Positions 9,119-19,139 of a DNA stretch of 64,000 nucleotides are shown here, one piece after another. The notes under the pieces are model-generated. The model saw only the letters and a program-made list of their open reading frames with translations. It was not told where the DNA came from and did not search any database. Position 1 is the first letter of the stretch, and every line of letters starts with the position of its first letter. A program made the translations under genes and the position numbers. The stretch comes from an uncultured Clostridium sp. (GTDB lineage: Bacteria > Bacillota > Clostridia > TANB77 > CAG-508): positions 3,212 through 67,211 of the forward strand of contig CAMCQH010000004.1 of assembly GCA_945877035.1 (NCBI GenBank), given 5' to 3'.

Positions 9119-9185
9119 GCATTTTTTATCATTTTTATATTTTATTTTTTTCAACAAGTTACAATTCATCTCTAATTAAAGTAGA

Positions 9186-9347
9186 ATAGCGCGAGAAGGT
9201 AATAATTTATTGATATCGGAGCGATTCGGGGGGACCGTTTTAGAAAATGTATGAACGCATGTGAATTACATTTTCTTAAATGGGGCAGCGGAGAAATCAA
9301 TAAATTATTACCTTCGGGAGCGGACTATTTTAAAACTGTGAATTGTA
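9186..9347. repeat. Large imperfect palindrome; its right arm is copy 2 of the 77-bp repeat
   Basis: Perfect 19-bp arms aaggtaataatttattgat / atcaataaattattacctt, plus agaaaatgta / tacattttct around a central loop. The right arm (9271-9347) matches 5717-5793. Confidence 0.8.
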
Positions 9348-9348
9348 C

Positions 9349-10101
9349 CTACATTCTTTTAAACACAATATTCTCTAAATCAGTATATTCAATACTTTGA
9401 GTCCCCTGATTTACAACATCATTAACAGGAAGCTCCAAATCAATATTAGATTTATAAACTTTTCCACCATTTAAAGTAATATAAATATCAAAAGAAACAT
9501 TAAACTTCAAGTCATCATTATTAACATTTAACTTTTTTAATAACTCACTATGATTTATTTGTTCATCATCATTGGAAACATAATTTCCTAGATTATTAAT
9601 AGCATATCTAAAAACCACCAAACCACCTTGATTAGAAATTTTCATTTCCTTTATACTTGAATCCATATCACCTATATATTCAATACTATCAACTTCATTT
9701 TCTGATGTATTTTTAAAAATAACACTATCTACATTACTATCAGGCTTTAATAATTTTATCTCTCCAATTTTTGAATTTTGTTCTATATTAAAATTATTTA
9801 ATTTTACACTTTCAATTATCTCTGTATCTTTATAATCATTGTTCTTCTTAATATACAAATAAATATCATTATTTTGATTAACCTGTAAATTCCATTTGTT
9901 CGTATTATCTTCAACATCAGTTCCTTCTACATTACTTATTATAGATATTTTTGACACATAAAAAGGTAAGTTTCCTTCTCCTTCTACATTATATTTTAGT
10001 GAAATTACACCTACCACAAATAATATAGCAAATATAATAAATAACACCATTATAATATGAAATTGTTTTGTGTTTATTATTTGTTGTAATTTTTCTTTCA
10101 A
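9349..10101 (-). CDS. hypothetical membrane-anchored protein (250 aa)
   Basis: TTG start lies 5 nt after AGGAGG. One N-terminal TM (FHIIMVLFIIFAILFVVGVISL). No family recognised. Confidence 0.6.
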   Translation of the reverse strand: MKEKLQQIINTKQFHIIMVLFIIFAILFVVGVISLKYNVEGEGNLPFYVSKISIISNVEGTDVEDNTNKWNLQVNQNNDIYLYIKKNNDYKDTEIIESVKLNNFNIEQNSKIGEIKLLKPDSNVDSVIFKNTSENEVDSIEYIGDMDSSIKEMKISNQGGLVVFRYAINNLGNYVSNDDEQINHSELLKKLNVNNDDLKFNVSFDIYITLNGGKVYKSNIDLELPVNDVVNQGTQSIEYTDLENIVFKRM

Positions 10102-10117
10102 TTTTTCCTCCTAATTT

Positions 10118-10193
<76 letters not shown>

Positions 10194-10300
10194 ATATTAT
10201 ACTTTTCATATTTTAACACATTTCTAGTAACTTTGTAAAGAAAAAATAAGGAATTAAAAGTCTTAACTCTTAACTCCTTATTTCATTTATGCAAAAAGCT

Positions 10301-13300
10301 CTAATCTACAACAAACTTTTTAATAAGAAATATTCCAATACCTAATATAGTAACTACTGTAACTCCTATAATTATAGGAACTACATAATCCCTATTTTCA
10401 CCAGTACTTGGTATAATTACAACTGTTTGAGCGTTTCCTATATTGAAATAGTTATTTATAAGTTTTACTGGTGTACCTGCTGTAAATCCATCATTTTTTG
10501 TTACTTCTGAAATTTCAGATTTATTATCAAATGTATTATCATCTGTACTGGTAAGTAATTTTGAAGTATATAAATTAATTTCATTAGATTCACCTGTTGC
10601 TAAAGGTTTTTCTAATTTTGTTGTTAAATACGTTCTATATTTATTTATATCCTCATTATCCTTCATTGATACATTAACATCTTCTAAATGCTTTTTATCT
10701 GTTTCTTGCCATTGCTCATTTGGATCCACATTATTTAACCTTCCATCAACATAGTCAAGCAATTCTGTTATAGACATAGTTACTTTTGCATTATCATTTG
10801 CTATTCCATAATAGTAATAATCATCAGTTGAGTAATCTTTTTCACTAACATTTGTAACCTTCATTGTATATGTTACATCTAATTTTGCTCCTTCTATTAA
10901 CTCATTATCCATTTCTGTTTTTAATATTCCGAAAAAATCTGTTCCATTTATAACTAATGGTCCCATTAGTGTTGTATGAGAATATGAACCTTTTAACTCT
11001 GGTTTGCCTGTTTTTTCATCATATTCTATTGTAGCATCTACTATAGTCTGTCCATTTGCTAATGTTAGCTTATATCCTGAAATCTTTTTGGTAAATTCTA
11101 ATGCTTGTTTTGATCTCTCAACAATACCAAAATCAACATTTTGTACAACAAACTCAACTCTGTCACTATCATCTCCACTTGTTACTACTGATTCATATTC
11201 TACACTGAATTCCATTGTTGGTGTTGCTGAATCCATACTTGTAATGATCTTTTCTTTAGTTCCATCAGGTTTAATAATTTCTTGCCCTTCAGGAGTATAT
11301 GCGTTTTCTATCAAAGATGTTAAAGTATTATTAGTAATAGATCTCATTTGTTCTTCAATATTTTTTCTTATTTTATCGTTATCTAATGCATCTGATCTTC
11401 TATCACTTACATATATTGTATCATTTTCATATTCTTTACCTCTATACCAATATAGATCTTTTTGTGTTTTTTCACTTCTTGCTTTATCATTATATATTGT
11501 ACCTTTATAATATTGAACTTTATATTCTTTATCTCCCCAAGTATATATTATTTGATAATATGCTGGTACAAAATTACTAAATTTAAATTTTCCATCTTTA
11601 TCAGTATATGTAGTATATACTAGACCATTTTCCTTTTTATTTCCTTGTTCATCTACTTCTTGCAATGTTATTTTTACTTGATTTTCTTTTACTGTTTTAT
11701 CTTTATTTTGTTGATATATTCCATCTCCTATTCTTTCTTCACCTATTACTGCCTCTTTACCTTCTTTTCCAGTTTTATCTACAAATACTAATCCCTCTAC
11801 TGTTCTTTCATGTCTAAATTCTAATTGTAATGACCTTGCAGAGTCTGTATCATCTTCATATGTATTAAAGTTTTCAGGCCTTGCAGTTCCAGGTACAGAA
11901 TCTTTGTCATATACTGCTATTGGTTTTCCTGTATCATCAAATGTTGTATATGAATTAATTTCTACTAGATTATGTTTTGTCTCGCCATTATTCATTATAG
12001 TAAATATAGCTTGTTTATTCATTACAAATTGAATATATAAACATTGTTCTTCTCCATCATCTATTGTTCTTTGGCTTGTATTTATAATATATTTTCTATA
12101 CCCTCCATATGGTGAAGATTCTTCATTAAATCCAATTGTATCAGTTATTTTATCTTCATCATTTATAGAATATCCAACATTTTCTAATGTATAATTACTA
12201 TCACAATAATCTACTATATTATTTATTCTTCCCAAATATGAACCTTCATTTCTTAATGACACTTTATAAGTTACATAAACATTAATATTTTTACTTGCAT
12301 CTTCTTTGCTTTCATATTCATAGTCTGATTTATAAATAGCTCTCGTATATGATCCTCTATTATTTTGGAATTTTACTCCTACATTCCAAGCTGAATTTTC
12401 ATCTGTATATTCTCCATAAGATTGATATCTAGTATTTGCATACCTATATACATGTTGTAGTCCATTAACTTTAACTCTTACATTATATAGATCTTGTGCT
12501 AACGCATAATCTGTTTGCTCTTTCTTAAATAATCCTAAATTTACATATCTTATTTCTTTTGATGTTGGTATAAAGTTACTATATAAATAATATCCCGCTT
12601 CTTGTGTAGAAGCATATACTGTACATCCATAATGACTATTTATTGTACTCTGATATTGTCTATTTTGATTATAATTCAATGAAACCCCATTTACATTCAG
12701 GTATTGACTACCATTTCCAGTTACACTAGAAAGTTTATTATCTAATATGTTTCTTGAATATCTATCAGTTGCTTTCGAACCTTCAGTATTATAGAGTTCT
12801 GGATTAACAGCTTGATAATCTATACCACAATATTCAAATTCAACGTGATAATTTCCATACTGTATTTGGTCTAAACTTACATTATAAAACCTATACTCTC
12901 CTCCATATATTTCATCATAAATTCCTAATTCTGAAGTATATGTAGTTTGTATTGTATTTCCATATCTATCTTTTAATTTTACTGCAATTCCATTTAAGCC
13001 AGGCTCACCATTAAATTCTGAATCTGTCATAGATAATTTTCCACTATGTTCATCAAGCCACACAAATCCAGATAACATTACTTCATATTGGTGATTATAA
13101 GCTTTTACGGTTGTTCCTCCTTCTCTTTGTATATACCAAGAAGAACCTATATTGTTATTATATCCATAATATTGTGATGGTATGCTCTTTTCAGTTGCTG
13201 TAATTGTATTTCCAATAAAATATGCATACTCTGTATGATTATTTCCCAATCCACCATCATTCCAAGCATAAGTTCTTAATGATAGTGTTCCTTGTCCACT

Positions 13301-16300
13301 CGCAATTCCATCTTCATTTGTATAAAATATTCCTTCTGAATATCCCCATTGTCTATTATTTCCTAAATATACTGTATGTGGTTGCCATGCATAATAATTT
13401 TCAGTATACCAATATCTCCATACATAACCCCAAACTGGTACAGCATGAGGAACATTAACTATATTCTTTCCTATTAAAGTTGGCACCCATACAATGTCCC
13501 ATCTAACTATTTCAAGAACCCAATGATAAATATCTTGACTATAAATCAAATCATATGACATTATAGTTGTACTAAATGAGAACCCTACTCCTTCTAATGG
13601 AGTTCCATTTCTATCATCTATTTTTTTAATTTTAGCTCCTGCTGTTTCTACGTCAGGAGGTGGTGGAGGGATATCTGGAGGTGTTAACTTTAATGTTATT
13701 GTTTTAGATTTAGTTGCTGAATTTGTCCAACTTTCTGTGTTTTCATACACTCTTTCCAAAGGTTGTGCATTTCCTACTTTATAGCATCCATGCCCATTAT
13801 GACTTCCATCAGAAACTTCAAAACATCTCCATTCTTCCACAACTTTATAATTTGCTGTATATGATGTAGTAATTGTATTATTTATCTTTATTTCCATTTT
13901 TGATGGATTTGATTTTTTTGCTACTTTTATATAAAAATTATGATTAAATGAGAATTCTTTAGAGTTACCACTTTTATCACAGATTGACCATTTACTACTA
14001 CTTATTTTATTTCCATCAATATTATATAAAACTATAGATTTTACTTCATCTGGTGTTACCTTGTCATCATTAGTTCTCGTTACTTTATAAGGTCCATAAA
14101 TATTATAACTATTATTTAATTTTTCTCCCTCAGAGCTGTTAGGATTTGCTGTATATTTATTTGCTGATGTTGTAGTTGGTTTTGGATCAAATTTTGTAAC
14201 AGTTACTTTTGTTTGCTTATATTTATGAGTACCAACTCCACACATAGCTTTTTTTCCATCTGTACAATGTAATCTAGTACTATTTACTACTTTATTATAA
14301 GGTGTATCATGTGTATAAAAACGTGAAGACCCTGAACTTATAGGAATAATTTCTGTTGATGTATATTTTTTCTTTAATTCTTCTTTTTTCTCTGCTACAG
14401 TAGCAGCTTGGCTAGTAGTTATTCCAACAGTCAATATTGATGTACCTATCAATAATAATACACTTAATTTTATATATTTTTTAAATCTATTATTTTTCTT
14501 ATATAAAATTGTAAAAATAATTATTAATATAATTGCTAATATTATTCCTATACTACTTCCTATTATAGCACCTGTTTTTATTGATATAATGACTGTTGCT
14601 TCTGAATAATCATCCTCTGTTTTATCTTTATTTCCTTCTATTGAATCTTTATCTTTAAGATTACCATCACTTTTTATTAAAGTTATTTCTGCACTATTAA
14701 CAAATTTGCCCATATCTGTTGCAATGGTTGTTATTTCTATTTCTTTACTTGCTCCTGGTTTTAATAATAATCCTGATAGTCCATATATTTTTATACTACC
14801 ATCATTCATCATTTGCCAATTTCCATCTACACCCTCTAGTGTCAAACCTTCTGGTAAATAATCTGTAATTTCACTTATATATGCTGATTGTTCTCCCTCA
14901 TTTGTTATAACAATTTTAAATGTTACCGTAATTTTAGTATCTGCAATTTCTTTTGCTGCTACTTCAACTTTAGCAAGTTTTTGTTCTTTGTAATCATAAT
15001 CTTTTGTACCTTTAGAATTAGCTACTGTTATTTTACTTACATATTTATCTAGTTTTAAATCTAAAACTGTACCTTTAACAAGACCTGCATCAATATTTTC
15101 TACACTTTTTGTATCTATTGTAACAGCATCTGTAACCCCTGCTATTTCTACTCTTCCATCTATACTTATTTCTTTTTTAATTACATCTGAATTTACCTCT
15201 TCTGAAACACCATTTTTTCTATAAGCTGTTAATTCATATGTATTGCTATCATATTCAAATATTACTAAATATTTTCCTTTTGAAAGATTTGAAAATTTAT
15301 ATTTACCTTCATCATTTGTTGCTGTTATATATTTTTCTCCTAATGCATCTGTTACAATAGTATTTGTATCCATATTAAACAGTTTAACTGTTACACCTGA
15401 AATTTTTTGCTCTTTTTCTCCTTTTTGTCCATCTTTATTTTCATCTATCCAAACTTGTCCATTAATCTCATATATGCTTTTATCTGTTTCTTCTTTATTA
15501 TCTTCTCCACTATCATCTGGATTATCTTTATTTTCTTCATCATCTTTTCCATCATCAGGAACTGTTGGATTATCTTCATCTTTTTCTTCATTATCTGGAT
15601 CACCAGCAATTATTGTAAATTTTACAATATTAGAAATTATTGTATCTGCCTCTCCTGTTGTTACTGACACACTATTTTGTACTTCTTTATTTTCTGAAAT
15701 CAAATTAACTCTTGCTTTTATCTTTATGTTTATTTCCAAACCATTTGGTATTGTTAAATATAAATTGACATCAGGACTTGTTTTTTCATTTTCATCCTCT
15801 ATTACTTTAGAGCTTATATCTTCTGTTACTGTTGACACGTCATAATTTTTAGTTTCTTCATTATATTCAATTTTCTCATATTCAACTTCTTCTGGAATTA
15901 ACTCATCTGGTAAATAATCTAAAACATTTACATCTATATTTTCAAATTTTGTACTATATCCATTGACTTTTACTTTTACATTATATTCTATTTCATCATC
16001 ATACTTTACTTCTTTTCCTTCACTTTCAGATGACATAGAAACAACAATTTCTCTTGTAAACATTACTTGTGTATTTAAGTTTGTATTATATGTTTCTATT
16101 CCTTCTGCATTTATTTCCGCTGCAACCTCTAAAGGATACATATATACATTCTTTTCAAGATTTTTAGGTTCCATATATATCCTCAATATAACCTGTTTTC
16201 CAACTGGTAACTGTGATACTTTTGCTTTATAAAAAGCGTTTTCAAAAGTTTCATTACTTACTTCTACATCTTGAGTTAAAGAACCTGTTTCATATACATT

Positions 16301-18676
16301 CATCCATTTTGGAATATTTACAGAAATATCCACATCTCTTAACACATCTTGAGTATTATTTGTAATTAATAAACAATATTCCCATTTATTATCCTCATTT
16401 ACAAATCCTCCCATTGTAGAAACCATTCTAGCATAGATCTTTGATTTTTTAACAATATTATTTATAGAAGCTTCCGCAATTTTTCTACCATTACTATATA
16501 ATGCCGTATTTGATGTTATATTTTTTTCTGTTATATTTGAATCTAATTCATTTACTTCAACTTCATAAACTCTTTCAATTGAACTACCCTTTTCTATTTT
16601 GTCTATAGTTATAGTTTCCTCAGTTACATTTGTATCTCCAACATACTTATACATTTTTTCCATGTCTTCAATATCATCTATACCTTTTGAAACTGTTACA
16701 TATGTTGTGCCTTCTGGTATTTTTCCTATAATACTCAAATTTTTTATATCACTTGAAGAATTATTTGTTATCTTTGCTGTATATGTAATTATTTGTTTTT
16801 CATAAACAATGTCTCCATCTTGTAATACTTTATTACCAACTTGTGCAACTGTTGAAAATGTAAGTCCTTCTATTGTTTCTACATTTTCCTCTACATTTAA
16901 AGCATTTGCTGAATTTCCTGTATCTTCTAAACTTAATGCACTTACATTATATCTTACTGCACTCAATCTAGCTTCTTGTTTTTCATCTAATTCTTTAATA
17001 TTTATTATTTTACTTGTTTTTCCTTCTAATTCATAGTCATTGATTTTTCCATTTTCGTTTGAATATGTAAGCTCAATATTTGAATCAAGAGTTGTTAGTT
17101 CTCCTTTTAATGTAATTTTAGCTGGAACAATAATATATGTTCCTTCATATATTGCATTTGTATAATAACTATTTTGTACTCCATTTAAAGTAATTTTTAT
17201 AATTTTATTTGTTCCATTTTCTACTAATTCTGTATTTTCAATAAAATTACTATCATTATACACTAAAGAAGTTTCATCTAAAATAACTTTATCTACATCT
17301 TCAGGTAATTTTATTTCTATTACTGGTTTTTTAAACAAATTATATTTTATATCATTTGAAACTAATTTCAATGTAAAATTAATATCATTTACAGTATTAT
17401 TTGTCCATTCTTGTTTATTTACTGATAAATCTATTCTAGTTGTAGATTCTTTTATTTCTTTTTCATAAGCATTTGAAAAACTATAAATTTCTTGTTTTTG
17501 TATTTCATTTTCTTGTTTTATATTATTTATCGCTTTTACACTTGTTTCTGTCTTTACTTTATTATTATTTATATCTAAAGCGGTTGCTTTTATTGATTTT
17601 GTATTTTCTATTTTTATAGTTCCCTGCTTTATTGGTTTAGAAGTTTTTACTATCAAAGAAGATTGTTCATTTACAAAGTCTACTTTTATCATTCCATCTT
17701 CTTGTGACTGTATATTTTTGTTAACTTCTAATAAAATCTCATTATTACTATTTAATATTTGTAATTTTCCATCTTCTCCTAATATATCTAATATATTATT
17801 TTTGTTTACTTTTGTGCTTTTATATACAATATCTTCTGTTGCTACATCTACATTATCAGTATTTACAAACTTATCATCTTCGTTAATTTCTATTTCATCT
17901 GAAATTGATGCATAATCTACATTTATGTTCATTAATTCAGTATATTCAGTTGCATTATTTGTTCCATTATTAATATTGGCATATATATTTCCATTATAAA
18001 TATCATTTATATCTATATCAGCAGATATTAAACCAGATATGTTTTCTGAGACTTGAATAGTTTTATTTATGTCACCTTTTATTTGCATAGAATCTTTAGT
18101 ATCTAATATCTCTGTAATCTTTCCTGTAATTTCTAGATCATTTTCAGAATTATTTGCATCATAACAATTAGAACTATAGTATAAATTAATTTTATATGTA
18201 TCTCTTGCACCATCAATTTTTTCAGAATAGATTTTGCCATCAACCTCATTATTCAAAGTACTTATACTAATTTTTCCTGTTGATGCTTCATATTCATAAT
18301 TCCAGTCTTTAGCCACATCACTTCCATTTGTTGCCTTTGTAGATATTGCCTGTACTTCTATTCTTTCAGGATATTCATCTTTTATTTGAGGGGCTATCAA
18401 TTCTGTTACAGTACTTTTTATTGGCTTATACTCTTGGTCTTCATCATATTTAATTCCAGTACTTAAGTTAAGTTTTAATAAAGTTCCTTTTTTATCTTCA
18501 AAATCATAATTAACATATTTTTCAACATCAAGCTCTACTTCGGCATTTATTTTTGATGTATCTTCAGTATTTTGTATTTCTTCTACTGCCACAGAAATTA
18601 ATGTTAAAAATGAGCTATTAACAAGCATTAACATTGTAAAAATAATTGCAATTATTTTTTTTGATATTTCCTTCAT
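10301..18676 (-). CDS. giant cell-surface adhesin-like protein (about 2790 aa) with DUF11-like and SdrD/Cna-B-like repeats, an internal TM pair and a C-terminal sorting-signal-like anchor
   Basis: Start set at ATG 18676 (GAGGAGGA RBS) with signal peptide MKEISKKIIAIIFTMLMLVNSSF. DUF11-like segment: ITYTAKITNNSSSDIKNLSIIGKIPEGTTYV. Cna-B/SdrD-like segments: INGQVWIDENKDGQKGEKEQKISGVTVKLF...GKYKFSNLSKGKYLVIFEY, LSGFVWLDEHSG... and VEGLVFVDKTGKEG.... C-terminus is IPSTGENRDYVVPIIIGVTVVTILGIGIFLIKKFVVD. Confidence 0.85.
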   Translation of the reverse strand: MKEISKKIIAIIFTMLMLVNSSFLTLISVAVEEIQNTEDTSKINAEVELDVEKYVNYDFEDKKGTLLKLNLSTGIKYDEDQEYKPIKSTVTELIAPQIKDEYPERIEVQAISTKATNGSDVAKDWNYEYEASTGKISISTLNNEVDGKIYSEKIDGARDTYKINLYYSSNCYDANNSENDLEITGKITEILDTKDSMQIKGDINKTIQVSENISGLISADIDINDIYNGNIYANINNGTNNATEYTELMNINVDYASISDEIEINEDDKFVNTDNVDVATEDIVYKSTKVNKNNILDILGEDGKLQILNSNNEILLEVNKNIQSQEDGMIKVDFVNEQSSLIVKTSKPIKQGTIKIENTKSIKATALDINNNKVKTETSVKAINNIKQENEIQKQEIYSFSNAYEKEIKESTTRIDLSVNKQEWTNNTVNDINFTLKLVSNDIKYNLFKKPVIEIKLPEDVDKVILDETSLVYNDSNFIENTELVENGTNKIIKITLNGVQNSYYTNAIYEGTYIIVPAKITLKGELTTLDSNIELTYSNENGKINDYELEGKTSKIINIKELDEKQEARLSAVRYNVSALSLEDTGNSANALNVEENVETIEGLTFSTVAQVGNKVLQDGDIVYEKQIITYTAKITNNSSSDIKNLSIIGKIPEGTTYVTVSKGIDDIEDMEKMYKYVGDTNVTEETITIDKIEKGSSIERVYEVEVNELDSNITEKNITSNTALYSNGRKIAEASINNIVKKSKIYARMVSTMGGFVNEDNKWEYCLLITNNTQDVLRDVDISVNIPKWMNVYETGSLTQDVEVSNETFENAFYKAKVSQLPVGKQVILRIYMEPKNLEKNVYMYPLEVAAEINAEGIETYNTNLNTQVMFTREIVVSMSSESEGKEVKYDDEIEYNVKVKVNGYSTKFENIDVNVLDYLPDELIPEEVEYEKIEYNEETKNYDVSTVTEDISSKVIEDENEKTSPDVNLYLTIPNGLEINIKIKARVNLISENKEVQNSVSVTTGEADTIISNIVKFTIIAGDPDNEEKDEDNPTVPDDGKDDEENKDNPDDSGEDNKEETDKSIYEINGQVWIDENKDGQKGEKEQKISGVTVKLFNMDTNTIVTDALGEKYITATNDEGKYKFSNLSKGKYLVIFEYDSNTYELTAYRKNGVSEEVNSDVIKKEISIDGRVEIAGVTDAVTIDTKSVENIDAGLVKGTVLDLKLDKYVSKITVANSKGTKDYDYKEQKLAKVEVAAKEIADTKITVTFKIVITNEGEQSAYISEITDYLPEGLTLEGVDGNWQMMNDGSIKIYGLSGLLLKPGASKEIEITTIATDMGKFVNSAEITLIKSDGNLKDKDSIEGNKDKTEDDYSEATVIISIKTGAIIGSSIGIILAIILIIIFTILYKKNNRFKKYIKLSVLLLIGTSILTVGITTSQAATVAEKKEELKKKYTSTEIIPISSGSSRFYTHDTPYNKVVNSTRLHCTDGKKAMCGVGTHKYKQTKVTVTKFDPKPTTTSANKYTANPNSSEGEKLNNSYNIYGPYKVTRTNDDKVTPDEVKSIVLYNIDGNKISSSKWSICDKSGNSKEFSFNHNFYIKVAKKSNPSKMEIKINNTITTSYTANYKVVEEWRCFEVSDGSHNGHGCYKVGNAQPLERVYENTESWTNSATKSKTITLKLTPPDIPPPPPDVETAGAKIKKIDDRNGTPLEGVGFSFSTTIMSYDLIYSQDIYHWVLEIVRWDIVWVPTLIGKNIVNVPHAVPVWGYVWRYWYTENYYAWQPHTVYLGNNRQWGYSEGIFYTNEDGIASGQGTLSLRTYAWNDGGLGNNHTEYAYFIGNTITATEKSIPSQYYGYNNNIGSSWYIQREGGTTVKAYNHQYEVMLSGFVWLDEHSGKLSMTDSEFNGEPGLNGIAVKLKDRYGNTIQTTYTSELGIYDEIYGGEYRFYNVSLDQIQYGNYHVEFEYCGIDYQAVNPELYNTEGSKATDRYSRNILDNKLSSVTGNGSQYLNVNGVSLNYNQNRQYQSTINSHYGCTVYASTQEAGYYLYSNFIPTSKEIRYVNLGLFKKEQTDYALAQDLYNVRVKVNGLQHVYRYANTRYQSYGEYTDENSAWNVGVKFQNNRGSYTRAIYKSDYEYESKEDASKNINVYVTYKVSLRNEGSYLGRINNIVDYCDSNYTLENVGYSINDEDKITDTIGFNEESSPYGGYRKYIINTSQRTIDDGEEQCLYIQFVMNKQAIFTIMNNGETKHNLVEINSYTTFDDTGKPIAVYDKDSVPGTARPENFNTYEDDTDSARSLQLEFRHERTVEGLVFVDKTGKEGKEAVIGEERIGDGIYQQNKDKTVKENQVKITLQEVDEQGNKKENGLVYTTYTDKDGKFKFSNFVPAYYQIIYTWGDKEYKVQYYKGTIYNDKARSEKTQKDLYWYRGKEYENDTIYVSDRRSDALDNDKIRKNIEEQMRSITNNTLTSLIENAYTPEGQEIIKPDGTKEKIITSMDSATPTMEFSVEYESVVTSGDDSDRVEFVVQNVDFGIVERSKQALEFTKKISGYKLTLANGQTIVDATIEYDEKTGKPELKGSYSHTTLMGPLVINGTDFFGILKTEMDNELIEGAKLDVTYTMKVTNVSEKDYSTDDYYYYGIANDNAKVTMSITELLDYVDGRLNNVDPNEQWQETDKKHLEDVNVSMKDNEDINKYRTYLTTKLEKPLATGESNEINLYTSKLLTSTDDNTFDNKSEISEVTKNDGFTAGTPVKLINNYFNIGNAQTVVIIPSTGENRDYVVPIIIGVTVVTILGIGIFLIKKFVVD

Positions 18677-18904
18677 TTGACCTTCCTCCTCATAATTAGA
18701 CAATTTACCTTATTATAATTTTATTAATTTAATATATATTTTTCAATAGGTACTTTTTTATGTTACAAAATATAGTCTATAACTTGCTACGGAAGGCATT
18801 TTTTCAACTTTTTTAAAGCTATTTTTAAATTTATATTACATTTTTGTTACATAATAAATGTTTTGATAAAAGTTTTATAATTAAGTATCAATTTTACAGA
18901 TTAG

Positions 18905-19060
18905 TTCAAAATATTGATATATTAAAATTTAAAATTTGTTTTGACCTACTGTTTTAAACAGCTTCTCCAGAACGGTTACCGTAGCAATAAACTCCTTTTT
19001 TCTTCTTGGCATTGCGTTTGGAAAAATGAATTTTAAATTTAAATATATCAACATTTTGAA
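18905..19060. repeat. 31-bp inverted repeat pair (29/31) flanking a 94-bp segment in the divergent intergenic region
   Basis: Left arm 18905-18935 is ttcaaaatattgatatattaaaatttaaaat. The reverse complement of the right arm 19030-19060 is ttcaaaatgttgatatatttaaatttaaaat. Confidence 0.8.
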
Positions 19061-19139
19061 CAGCTTTTTTAATGCAATAAGTTCTAACCTTGACACACTG
19101 TGCTATAATATAATTAAAAATTTATGGAGGTTCAGCATT

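Noticed and set aside
8850-9180. Long (Bacillus-type, about 270 nt) SRP RNA with an Alu domain.
   Set aside because: The flanks of the central hairpin are almost pure AT, with no GC-rich 5' domain. A consensus promoter places the start at about 9083.
11004-17915. Numerous plus-strand ORFs (such as 11004-11510, 15243-15845 and 15963-16232) inside the giant minus-strand gene.
   Set aside because: They are Ser/Leu/Phe/Ile-rich low-complexity translations of the antisense strand of an AT-rich repeat-protein gene. None has an RBS or a recognisable motif.
18785-18990. 9-bp inverted repeat TTGCTACGG / CCGTAGCAA about 190 bp apart upstream of the adhesin gene.
   Set aside because: It is too short and does not extend, so chance cannot be excluded. 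The 31-bp inverted repeat at 18905-19060 is the better-supported structure.
19090-19115. TTGACA followed by TATAATATAAT upstream of the ttcA-like gene, considered as a sigma-A promoter.
   Set aside because: Spacing between the -35 box and either TATAAT is only 8 or 13 nt, which is not a canonical 16-18 nt spacer.
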